NCBI GenBank assembly: GCA_045533435.1
Contig: JAZSHT010000002.1
Coordinates: 1 to 57,004 of the forward strand
Source: Eubacteriales bacterium
GTDB lineage: Bacteria > Bacillota > Clostridia > Oscillospirales > CAG-272
Direction of reading: 5' to 3'
Length of the DNA: 57,004 nt
A model generated the notes under the pieces. The model was given only the letters and a program-made list of their open reading frames with translations. It had not been told where the DNA came from and searched no databases. How positions within the stretch are numbered: the first letter of the stretch is position 1; each line of letters starts with the position of its first letter. Shown here one piece after another: positions 47,084 through 55,434 of the stretch. The translations under genes were made by a program, and so were the position numbers.

Positions 47084-47641
47084 ATGGAAATAAAATCTAA
47101 AAAAGATTTATACGATGGAATTAAAAAAATTTTGATTAACGAAAATCAAATTGCAGAAGAAATTAAAAAAGCGGGAAAATACATTGATGATATTTACGAT
47201 GGCAGACCGATTTTGCTTGTTAGCATTTTAAAGGGCTCATTTGTATTTATGGCAGATTTAGCAAGAGCTGTTAGTGTGCCTTGTGAAATTGGCTTTATGT
47301 GTGCAAAAAGCTATTATAACGGCACACAGTCAAGCGGAATTGTTAATATCACAATGGATTTAGATAAGGATATAAAGGACTATCATTTAGTTATAGTTGA
47401 GGATATTATCGACACAGGTCGCACCTTAAATGATGTTGTAAAGCTTTTAAAAGCAAGAAATCCAATTTCCTTAACAGTTGTTACACTACTTGATAAGCCT
47501 GAGCGCCGTGTGGTAGATTTTAAGCCTGACTATGCTTTATTTACTATTCCTGATGAATTTGTAATTGGCTACGGTCTTGATTTCGGTGAATTTTACAGAA
47601 ATTTACCGTACATAGCAATTTTTGATGAAAGTAAGCTATAA
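47084..47641 (+). CDS. hpt: Hypoxanthine phosphoribosyltransferase
   Basis: PRPP-binding motif LVIVEDIIDTGRTL and the upstream LLVSILKGSFVFMADL. Confidence 0.9.
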   Translation: MEIKSKKDLYDGIKKILINENQIAEEIKKAGKYIDDIYDGRPILLVSILKGSFVFMADLARAVSVPCEIGFMCAKSYYNGTQSSGIVNITMDLDKDIKDYHLVIVEDIIDTGRTLNDVVKLLKARNPISLTVVTLLDKPERRVVDFKPDYALFTIPDEFVIGYGLDFGEFYRNLPYIAIFDESKL

Positions 47642-47695
47642 TTGCATTAAATAATTTATATAGCTTATAATAAAATAAGAAAAGGAGAAATAATT

Positions 47696-47854
47696 ATGAA
47701 AAAATATGTATGCGATGTATGCGGGTGGGAATACGATGAGGAGCTTGGCGCACCAGAATATGGTATTGCCCCAGGCACAAAATTTGAGGACCTTCCTGAT
47801 GATTTTGAATGCCCACTTTGTGGTGTTGGTAAGGACAGCTTTAGCGAACAGTAA
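47696..47854 (+). CDS. Rubredoxin (52 aa)
   Basis: [16 protein letters not shown]...[13 protein letters not shown] carries two CxxCG knuckles. RBS aaaggag. Not in the supplied track. Confidence 0.85.
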   Translation: MKKYVCDVCGWEYDEELGAPEYGIAPGTKFEDLPDDFECPLCGVGKDSFSEQ

Positions 47855-47856
47855 TT

Positions 47857-47895
47857 AGTGGTTAGTGGCTAGTGGTCAGTGGTCAGCAGTTAGCT
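47857..47895. repeat. Heptamer array (AGTGGTT AGTGGCT AGTGGTC AGTGGTC AGCAGTT AGCT), 3 nt after the rubredoxin stop
   Basis: Read directly. Mixes the GTGG and GCNG unit subtypes in one array. Confidence 0.9.
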
Positions 47896-47935
47896 AAATG
47901 CTTCACTCTCTTAAGTCTTAGATTTTGATTTATTT

Positions 47936-47968
47936 AAAAAACCTCTTGACTAAAATCAAGAGGTTTTT
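47936..47968. terminator. Hairpin aaaaacctcttgaCtaaaatcaagaggttttt
   Basis: Stem of about 10 bp with flanking A-run and T-run. A near-identical copy lies at 48231-48263. Confidence 0.75.
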
Positions 47969-47969
47969 A

Positions 47970-48215
47970 TTATTTAATTAGCTCATCACAGCTAACGCCA
48001 AAAATTTCTGCTAGTCTAAGGAGTTCAATATCGGTTACAAATCTTTCGCCTTTTTCAATTCTTTGTATTGCATTTTTATCTACATCTATACCTGCAAGCT
48101 GAAGCTTTTCTGCTAAAATTCTTTGGGACATTTTTGGATTTTGCGCTTTTCTTAATTGATAAATTTTTGCGCCACAAAGATTATTTTTTCCGTTTGCCGA
48201 TTTATTTTTAAACAT
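47970..48215 (-). CDS. XRE-family HTH protein (81 aa)
   Basis: HTH MSQRILAEKLQLAGIDVDKNAIQRIEKGERFVTDIEL. Confidence 0.75.
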   Translation of the reverse strand: MFKNKSANGKNNLCGAKIYQLRKAQNPKMSQRILAEKLQLAGIDVDKNAIQRIEKGERFVTDIELLRLAEIFGVSCDELIK

Positions 48216-48230
48216 TTGTATCTCCTTGTT

Positions 48231-48263
48231 AAAAACCTCTTGAATAAAATCAAGAGGTTTTTT
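48231..48263. terminator. Hairpin aaaaacctcttgaAtaaaatcaagaggtttttt (twin of 47936-47968)
   Basis: Differs from its twin by one loop base. Lies directly 5' of the HTH gene RBS. Confidence 0.7.
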
Positions 48264-48289
48264 GTTATAAATATTTGTAAATCAATTCT

Positions 48290-48317
48290 CGCTGACCGCT
48301 AACTGCTAACAGCTGCG
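48290..48317. repeat. Heptamer array, reverse type (CGCTGAC CGCTAAC TGCTAAC AGCTGCG)
   Basis: Read directly. Inverted partner of 47857-47895. Confidence 0.9.
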
Positions 48318-48361
48318 AGTTAAATCAATAAGTATTACAATAGCAAAATTGATTTAAATCA

Positions 48362-48451
48362 CGATTTCTTTTTTGCTTAGCTTTTTTCTTTGACATGAGG
48401 GGTCCTCAAACCGAAAAATGAGGTTTGGGGTTCACGAGAGAAAAAAGTTAG
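48362..48451. repeat. Hairpin-tail repeat copy with a nested insert, abutting the cyclophilin stop codon
   Basis: cgatttcttttttgcttag-cttttttcttt-[gacatgaggggtcctCAAACCgaaaaatgaGGTTTGgggttcacgag]-agaaaaaag. Confidence 0.85.
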
Positions 48452-49221
48452 TGCTCTGCGTGAATGCTGATAGACTTAATTATAGGTTGGTTAGCTTTAT
48501 CAACTGCACCGTTTGCGCCTTCCTCAACATCGTAGCAAATCTTATCAACGATTTGCATACCGCCTGTTACCATACCGAATGCGGCATAGTTACCGTCAAG
48601 TGAAAGTGAGTTGTTTGATGATGTTTGGTGTACGATAAAGAATTGGCTTGATGCACTATCCTTATTAGTGCCCTCACGAGCCATTGAAATTGTACCGCGA
48701 ACATGCTTAATGTCGTTGTTTACGCCGTTAGCAGAGAATTCGCCCTTAATGTTTACTTCCTTGCCGTTTTCCTCATATCCGCCTGTGCCGTTACCCTTAG
48801 GGTCGCCACCTTGAATCATAAAGTTATCCATAATTCTGTGAAATGTAAGACCGTTGTAGAAGCCCTTTTGAGCCAATTTAACAAAGTTATTAACTGTTTC
48901 AGGAGCTTCTTCGCCGTAAAGCTCTAAATGGATTGTGCCGTAGCCCTCAACCTCAATAGCGGCATGGTGAGTTACCTTAAATGAGTTGTTTACTGTTGTT
49001 TCTGATTTAGGATTATCACTACCTAAAATGCTTCTTGGATAGCCACAGGATTGGTTAATTAAAATGATACCAAAAATTAAGCAAGCAATAGCTAATAAAA
49101 TAGCAATTGTTGAAATAGTAATCTTTTTAGTCTTGTAAGCCTTCTTTGCTTTTATAGCTTCTTCTCTTGCTTTTGTTCTTTTTTCAGTAACATAGTTACT
49201 GTTTTTCTTTTTCTTTGCCAT
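48448..49221 (-). CDS. Membrane-anchored cyclophilin-type peptidyl-prolyl isomerase
   Basis: N-terminal basic region plus TM, then the cyclophilin core FHRIMDNFMIQGGDP...SMAREG...SQFFIV. Confidence 0.88.
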   Translation of the reverse strand: MAKKKKNSNYVTEKRTKAREEAIKAKKAYKTKKITISTIAILLAIACLIFGIILINQSCGYPRSILGSDNPKSETTVNNSFKVTHHAAIEVEGYGTIHLELYGEEAPETVNNFVKLAQKGFYNGLTFHRIMDNFMIQGGDPKGNGTGGYEENGKEVNIKGEFSANGVNNDIKHVRGTISMAREGTNKDSASSQFFIVHQTSSNNSLSLDGNYAAFGMVTGGMQIVDKICYDVEEGANGAVDKANQPIIKSISIHAEH

Positions 49222-49356
49222 AAAAATTTCCTTTCAAATAAGTTTTACTTAAGTATTTTACCATAAAAATTCAAAATAATCAACATATATATTATATAAA
49301 TGATAAAAAAGGCCCGCAGACATATATCTGCGGACTAAAAATAAATTTTTTCTGCT

Positions 49357-50448
49357 TTATTTATTGCCGATTATCTTTGAAAGCTGAGCAACAATTCCAT
49401 CCCCACCGTTTAAGGAAATGTTACCAACATTTTCGCAAATTCTCTCAATGTACTCAAGCTCCTTAAGCTTATAGAGTGTTTGGTTTTCGTCCATAAGCTT
49501 TGCAGTGTTAAGAAGTGAACGAGTTGAGGCAACCTCTTCTCTACGGGTAATCACATTTGCTTGTGCTTGCTTTTCAGCCACAAGAACGGTGTTCATTATA
49601 TTTCTAATCTCACCTGGAAGGATAATATCCTTAACACCTGCATTAGATACGGAAATATAGAGCTCCTTTTCCTTAGCTTTTATTTTCTCACAAACAAACT
49701 CGGAAATTTCATCCTTATTATCAAGGATTTCATCAAGCTTGTGCTTACCTACATAATCACGAAGAGACATTTGACAGGTAAGTCTTATTTGCTCCTCGTA
49801 GTCATCAATTTCAGTTATCGCCTTAACAATGTCAGTTAGCTTATAGTTACAAACAAAGTTAATTCTTAAGGACACCTTATCCTGTGTCAAAATTTCCTGT
49901 CCTTGAACATTTAACTGCACAAGTCTTGTGTCAACCGTGTCAACCTTAATTGAAGTGCCGTTTCTCCAAAAATAGTACACACCGCCATCAAGAACCTTTA
50001 CAAGCTTGTTATCTATGTAAAGAATTCCCTTTTCGTATGATTGCACCTCGTATTTGGTGTAAAGTGATATAGGCAAGCCAATATATGTAGGATTGATACC
50101 ATCAATTATGCAGGCAGATGTGTCGATAATTTTCATTTGAGTATTAACATTTGACTTGAAAAATGCATACTTACCTACCTTAAATGCTTCAGTAAAAATG
50201 TTATTTACAAATCTTAAGCCAATCTCATTTTCCTTAATTTCATACACATCAACCGCGTTTTTGAAGTCCTCATTTTCAAGCAAGATATCAAGAGGACATT
50301 TATCTGTGTATATTTTGAGCATTATATTCACAACCTCAACATCCTTATTTTTGAAAAATCTATGCTTGCCTGCATTTAAAATGCCTGTGAACTTACCGTT
50401 TTCAAATACTAAGCCTTTTTGCTTTTCGTTAATTATAACTTTTCTCAT
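49357..50448 (-). CDS. SPFH/band-7 (slipin-like) domain protein
   Basis: 363 aa. SPFH-like core (QEILTQDKVSLRINFVCNYKLTD, VLVAEKQAQANVITRREEVA). Confidence 0.65.
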   Translation of the reverse strand: MRKVIINEKQKGLVFENGKFTGILNAGKHRFFKNKDVEVVNIMLKIYTDKCPLDILLENEDFKNAVDVYEIKENEIGLRFVNNIFTEAFKVGKYAFFKSNVNTQMKIIDTSACIIDGINPTYIGLPISLYTKYEVQSYEKGILYIDNKLVKVLDGGVYYFWRNGTSIKVDTVDTRLVQLNVQGQEILTQDKVSLRINFVCNYKLTDIVKAITEIDDYEEQIRLTCQMSLRDYVGKHKLDEILDNKDEISEFVCEKIKAKEKELYISVSNAGVKDIILPGEIRNIMNTVLVAEKQAQANVITRREEVASTRSLLNTAKLMDENQTLYKLKELEYIERICENVGNISLNGGDGIVAQLSKIIGNK

Positions 50449-50549
50449 TACTAATTCTCCATTTCTTATTTTTTATTTTTATATTAAAGCCTTTCGGCTG
50501 TGGTGGGCGAAAATCATCTATGATTATTTACGGCAAAAATTTTAAGCAT

Positions 50550-51093
50550 GCTTCTAAATAGCGGAGCAACGGAGCTTGGCTATTTTCGTACACATACGGT
50601 ATCCAATATTGACAAGGCAAATAATCATTTGCGTTCCTTCTGCTCGCTTTCCTCACACTCTCCTTTTTTAAAGGTGTGTGTCAGCTTGAAAGTAAGCAAA
50701 AGAGCCAAGATGATTTGATTGAGTAGTTTTTTCTAAAACATCTCTTTTTGGTCAGAACTTACCTGACAAAAATTTCTAACGCTTAACAGGCGTTTGCAAA
50801 TTCGTTACCAAATTTGCGACTTTTTTCTTTGACTCCATGCCGTTGGACATTCACGAAAGGAATGTGAGGGAGTCGAACCCCCGATAATCAAAACGATAAG
50901 ATTTGTGTTTTCTTATCAATGCGCTAAAAGTAAGTTGGCATACATTTTGGTATCACCTCATGCACCGTCGTGAAGCTTAATCAAACACAGACAAAACTCA
51001 CCTTGCAAGAAAATATTACCATATAATTCTCAATTTATCTTGGAAAAAAACTTGCGAAAACAAGCAAAAAACAATTTTTTAATTGTTTTTTGC
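50550..51093. other. ORF-free, hairpin-dense segment: candidate large ncRNA(s), strand unknown
   Basis: No ORF of 60 aa or more in any frame between 50545 and 51404. A long-range pairing cttggctatttt/aaaagagccaag encloses several hairpins. A run of five stem-loops with 7-nt loops includes a T-arm-like GGGGGTTCGACTCCCTC on the minus strand. Ends with a perfect 13-bp hairpin at 51064-51093. Confidence 0.4.
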
Positions 51094-51128
51094 AGCTGTT
51101 AGACGCTAGCCGTCAGCGGTTAGCAAGT
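51094..51128. repeat. Heptamer array (AGCTGTT AGACGCT AGCCGTC AGCGGTT AGCAAGT)
   Basis: Read directly, immediately after the 51064-51093 hairpin. Confidence 0.85.
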
Positions 51129-51347
51129 TAGATTATACGATTAATTATAAAATTTTATAGACAATAACTATATTTATATGTTATACTTGATACATAGTTA
51201 AAAATAACGTTATATGTCGCATCAAGATTTTTAAATTTAATGCTTACCAAGGTTTTTCTGTGAGCAAAGCAACCCTTATACCTCATTACAGTCACTATAA
51301 GTGATGATTGTATACACACATTTGGTGTGATTGCAACAGAGTTGCAA

Positions 51348-51378
51348 CCCTATCCCCTATATCCTATCCCCTATCCCC
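51348..51378. repeat. Second heptamer family (CCCTATC CCCTATA TCCTATC CCCTATC CCC) upstream of WYL gene 1
   Basis: Read directly. Preceded by the palindrome TTGCAACagaGTTGCAA (51331-51347). Confidence 0.9.
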
Positions 51379-51403
51379 TTAAAGCGACTGAAAGGAGCGA
51401 AAC

Positions 51404-52618
51404 ATGTTTAACGAGCTAATCAAAAACTACGAAAAAATCCGTGAATATATGCGAGATTTTTATGTTTATGGCTTTAAGAGTCGTGATGAATACAACGAAA
51501 AAAGCCTTCGCTCCTACGATGATGAAAAGCGCAGAATTGAAAGCTATCTCGGTGAGCATATGCGATTTGTTCGCACTCTTGAGGGTAAAAATATGTATAT
51601 TGATATTGATACAAGGCATATTTCTACAAACCCTCTTTATAAATCTCTAAAGTCAAAAAGCTTTACTGACAAGGATATTACTCTACATTTTATTATATTT
51701 GATATTCTCTATTCGCCTGATGTTGCTTTTTCCGTAACTGAAATTGCTGACATAATTGCAGATGAATATTTATCTCATTTTGATGAGCCTCTTTCCTTTG
51801 ATGAGTCAACTATAAGAAAAAAGCTAAAGGAATATGAAAAGGAAGGCATAATTGAGGTATTTAAGAAAGGCAAAACAAACTACTATAAAAGAACAAGTGA
51901 TATTGAGTATGCAAAATACGAAAATGCGCTAAGATATTTTAGCGAAATAGCCCCTGTTGGCGCTATTGGCTCGTTTATTTTAGATAAATTAGACACACAG
52001 AGTGGTATTTTTGCATTTAAGCATCACTACATAACAAGCGCACTTGACAGTGATGTGCTTTCTACTATTTTTGAAGCAATCAATCAAAGAAAAATTCTTT
52101 ATACCTGCAATCATACCTTAAAAAAGGAAAATCCCTTTATAAATAAGGTTGTGCCACTTCAGGTTTTTGCAAGTGTACAGGGTGGCAGGGAGCATTTATT
52201 GTGCTACGATTTAAGAAATAAAAATCTTACTTCCTTTAGAATTGACTACATAAAGGACATTAAAATTGGCGAGGAGTGTCCAAATTTTGATGAATTTAGA
52301 GCAAATTTAGAGGAAGCAAAAAAGCATATGTGGGGCGTTGTAGTAAGAAAAAGGACTGAGCATATTTCCTTTACAGTTGAGATAAACAACGATGAATATT
52401 ACATTGTAAATCGCCTTAACCGAGAAAAACGAATTGGCACAGTTGAGAAAATTGATGACCACCACTACCGTTTTTCAGCCGAGGTGTGCGATAGCTGGGA
52501 GCTTGTGCCTTGGATTCGCACATTTATTTGCAGAATTTGCGAAATTAACTTTTCAAATCCAATACACCAAAGGCGCTTTATGGCAGATTTTAAAAAAATG
52601 TATGAATTGTATAAGTAG
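51404..52618 (+). CDS. WYL-domain transcriptional regulator-like protein 1 (404 aa)
   Basis: Central wHTH-like region, then VVPLQVFASVQGGREHLLCYDLRNKNLTSFRIDYIKDI (WYL-domain pattern) and a C-terminal extension. Confidence 0.55.
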   Translation: MFNELIKNYEKIREYMRDFYVYGFKSRDEYNEKSLRSYDDEKRRIESYLGEHMRFVRTLEGKNMYIDIDTRHISTNPLYKSLKSKSFTDKDITLHFIIFDILYSPDVAFSVTEIADIIADEYLSHFDEPLSFDESTIRKKLKEYEKEGIIEVFKKGKTNYYKRTSDIEYAKYENALRYFSEIAPVGAIGSFILDKLDTQSGIFAFKHHYITSALDSDVLSTIFEAINQRKILYTCNHTLKKENPFINKVVPLQVFASVQGGREHLLCYDLRNKNLTSFRIDYIKDIKIGEECPNFDEFRANLEEAKKHMWGVVVRKRTEHISFTVEINNDEYYIVNRLNREKRIGTVEKIDDHHYRFSAEVCDSWELVPWIRTFICRICEINFSNPIHQRRFMADFKKMYELYK

Positions 52619-52726
52619 CCATCAGCAGATAGCAGTTAGCGGTCAGCGAGGATACAAAATTAAATACTTCAAAATAAATTATCATAAACTAACTTGCTAA
52701 CAGCTGACGGCTAACCGCTAACAGCT
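52617..52726. repeat. Inverted pair of heptamer arrays (52617-52651 forward, 52696-52726 reverse) filling the spacer between the two WYL genes
   Basis: agccatc agcagat agcagtt agcggtc agcgagg ... gctaaca gctgacg gctaacc gctaaca gct. The first array begins inside the stop codon TAG. Confidence 0.9.
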
Positions 52727-52750
52727 ATTTCTACTGAAAGGAGAAAAACC

Positions 52751-53662
52751 ATGATTTTCAATGAAATATACGGCTGCTACTACAATGCCGTAGCTAAAAT
52801 ATTAGAAAACGCCATAAAAGAGCCAATTAGCAAAGAAAAAATGCGCGAAATCGTTGAAAAGCATGCATTTAGTGAGAGCTTTTTTGAAATTTCAAGCAAA
52901 ATAAATAGTCAGGAGTATCAATTATTAAGTAAAAACGGTACTACTCCAATTAAAAATAAAATTTCAATGCCTCTTACAACTATTCAAAAAAGATGGCTAA
53001 AAGCAATTTTCCTTGACAAAAGAATAAGACTTTTTACTGATGATAATATTTTGCCTGATGTTGAGGAGTTATTTAATCCTAATGATTATTATATTTACGA
53101 TAAATATAATGATGGCGACAATTATGATGATGAAAATTATATAAAGATTTTTCGCACCATTTTAAGTGCCACTAAAAATAAGCAACACATAAAAATTACA
53201 ATGACCTCGAATAAAGGCAGAAGCATATGCACGGTGGCTTTTCCTGAATATATTGAATATTCCCCTAAGGATGATAAATTTCGCCTTTATACAAGTGGCT
53301 CAAGGCAAATACACATTGTTAATATAAGCACCATAAAAAAGTGTGAGATTTATAACGGGCCAATTTATCAAAAGAAGCCTCAAAAAAATACATATACAAG
53401 ATATGTTGAAATTGAGCTTTACGACATAAGAAACACCCTTGAACGATTTATGCTTCACTTTGCCCACTATAAAAAGGTAGCAACTAAGGAAGAGGATAAC
53501 AAATATCGCGTAATTATCTATTATGAGTCCATTGATGAATCGGAGCTTATTATTAGAATTTTGTCCTTTGGACAGTTTGTAAAGGTTGTTTCCCCGGAAG
53601 GATTTTTAAATCAAATTCGCTATCGCATAAATAAGCAAAAATTATTATTCAATAAAAAATGA
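52751..53662 (+). CDS. WYL-domain protein 2 (303 aa)
   Basis: HIKITMTSNKGRSICTVAFPEYIEYSPKDDKFRLYTSGSRQIHIVNISTIKKCEI fits the WYL-domain beta pattern. RBS aaaggag. Confidence 0.5.
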   Translation: MIFNEIYGCYYNAVAKILENAIKEPISKEKMREIVEKHAFSESFFEISSKINSQEYQLLSKNGTTPIKNKISMPLTTIQKRWLKAIFLDKRIRLFTDDNILPDVEELFNPNDYYIYDKYNDGDNYDDENYIKIFRTILSATKNKQHIKITMTSNKGRSICTVAFPEYIEYSPKDDKFRLYTSGSRQIHIVNISTIKKCEIYNGPIYQKKPQKNTYTRYVEIELYDIRNTLERFMLHFAHYKKVATKEEDNKYRVIIYYESIDESELIIRILSFGQFVKVVSPEGFLNQIRYRINKQKLLFNKK

Positions 53663-53688
53663 GACCGAAAATTTTCGGTCTCGTTTTT
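53661..53688. terminator. Bidirectional terminator gagaccgaaaattttcggtctc plus T-run
   Basis: Perfect 9-bp stem between convergent genes. Confidence 0.8.
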
Positions 53689-53689
53689 G

Positions 53690-55282
53690 TTATTCCTCTG
53701 TTGGATTTAAATCGTTAAATGAAACGCTATCAGCTGTATCGTAAACTGCGCTCACAATATTATTATCTAAGTTGTAGCCGTAAATATAGCTAATTACATT
53801 TGCACCATCAGCATCCTTTGTAATTGTATAAAGGTTCATTGTGATTTCTGCACTTGCACTACTTGCATTTGTAAAGTCGCCATTTAAAATAAAGTCAAAT
53901 GCAACATACTTTTCCTTTGATAAGTCGATACTTATTGTCTTTTCAGCAAATGCGCCATTTTCATCAATAGGAGCATTGTTGTTAGCAGCTGCCACAAAGC
54001 CATAATTTAATGGAGCAGAAGCGTTTACTTCATTGTACTTGTTAATTGAAGCAAGCGAAATCATGTAGCCTGCGCACATATTTTCGCCGTTTGATGAATA
54101 GCCAAGGAATTTAAAGATTGGGTCAAATGAGTCGCCAATTTTCTTATCGCCACATCTTGAGCATACGCCCTCTGTGTAGCACTCTTCAACAAATGATGTG
54201 AATACATATTTCATTTCTGTGTTGTGAGCATTATCATAGTAATATTCACAGTGGTTTGCGTATTCAATCATTGATAAATGACCCTTTGATTTTTCAGTTA
54301 CGCTTTTAACAAAATCGGAATTTTCTGTACCTGTGAATATGATTTTTGAAATACCTGTATTTTGTAATGAGTATTGAGAGTAAATTGAGGTACAGCCCTT
54401 TGGTACAACAACCGTAATGTTTTTACCTGCTGTTCCTTTTAGTGAGTCATGAGGAATTTGTGTAAGACTTTCGGGAAAACGAACATATGTAAGATTTGTG
54501 CAATTTTGGAAAACGCCGCTACCTAAAGATGTTACTGTGTTTGGAATATCAATGCTTGTGAATTTAGCGCCGGAAAATGCAAATGCACCAATACTTGTTA
54601 ATTTATCTGGAAAATTAAACTCATTTTCAATAGGGCAACCAGACAAAAAATTACCATCAATTGAAGTTACATTTTCAGCGTAGTTTATTACTGTCTTTAA
54701 GCTTGAACAACCGTTAAATGCATAGCCCTTCATTTCCTTTACTGATGCGGGGATCGTAATAGATGTAAGCTTTGAATTATCCTTGCAAAAGTCGTTAGAA
54801 ATGTTAGTTAATTTATTTGATAAAATAAGTGTTTCAAGGTTTTTACACTCTTGAAATACTTTTGCTGCAACGCTTGTTACAGTATCGGACATTTTTACAT
54901 AAACAAGCTTTGATTTATAGTTAAGGGTAGTGTCTATATAAGTAATGCCGTTTGGAATTTCAATTCTTACAACATAGTCTTTTAATGAAGCGGTATTTTC
55001 ATCGTAACCAAGAGCAACATTTAACGCTTTGTTTTGTACGATAGAAAATGATGTTTGGTCCTTTACAATGTAGTAAGCTGGATATGTATAATAATTTCCG
55101 TCAGCACCTAAAAGTACAACTCTTTCAGTTGTGCCTATTGTTGTAGGAACGGCAACACCGTCTATTGTGTCAGGTGTTTCTAAAAATTCGTTACTTGTGC
55201 TTCCTGCCGCACTAACGCTTAATGCAAATAAGCAAGCAAGCATAGCAACCATTAAAGTAACTAAAAATAATTTCTTTTTCAT
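53690..55282 (-). CDS. Secreted BspA-type leucine-rich-repeat protein
   Basis: Signal peptide MKKKLFLVTLMVAMLACLFALSVSA. Repeated units of the form FxxCxxLxxIxIPxxVxxIxxxAF. Start set at the ATG after RBS aaggagaag. Confidence 0.7.
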   Translation of the reverse strand: MKKKLFLVTLMVAMLACLFALSVSAAGSTSNEFLETPDTIDGVAVPTTIGTTERVVLLGADGNYYTYPAYYIVKDQTSFSIVQNKALNVALGYDENTASLKDYVVRIEIPNGITYIDTTLNYKSKLVYVKMSDTVTSVAAKVFQECKNLETLILSNKLTNISNDFCKDNSKLTSITIPASVKEMKGYAFNGCSSLKTVINYAENVTSIDGNFLSGCPIENEFNFPDKLTSIGAFAFSGAKFTSIDIPNTVTSLGSGVFQNCTNLTYVRFPESLTQIPHDSLKGTAGKNITVVVPKGCTSIYSQYSLQNTGISKIIFTGTENSDFVKSVTEKSKGHLSMIEYANHCEYYYDNAHNTEMKYVFTSFVEECYTEGVCSRCGDKKIGDSFDPIFKFLGYSSNGENMCAGYMISLASINKYNEVNASAPLNYGFVAAANNNAPIDENGAFAEKTISIDLSKEKYVAFDFILNGDFTNASSASAEITMNLYTITKDADGANVISYIYGYNLDNNIVSAVYDTADSVSFNDLNPTEE

Positions 55283-55434
55283 GTTCTTCTCCTTATAAAA
55301 TTTAAATGGAGTTTTCAATTAAATTGACACTTCTCCAATATCATTGTACAATATATATAATCGCATTTTCAATGGACTATTTTATTTTTTAAAATGGATT
55401 TTTTTACTGTTTAGATGTGAAAAAGTCAAGAAAA

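Noticed and set aside
50840-50900. tmRNA (ssrA) or a tRNA gene on the minus strand, suggested by GGGTTCGACTCCC.
   Set aside because: No 5' acceptor strand lies upstream to pair with ACATTCC. There is no CCA, no recognisable D or anticodon arms (the nearest stem has an 11-nt loop) and no tag-peptide reading frame ending in ...LAA. A permuted two-piece ssrA is not supported either. I kept it only as a tRNA-top-half-like element inside the ncRNA candidate.
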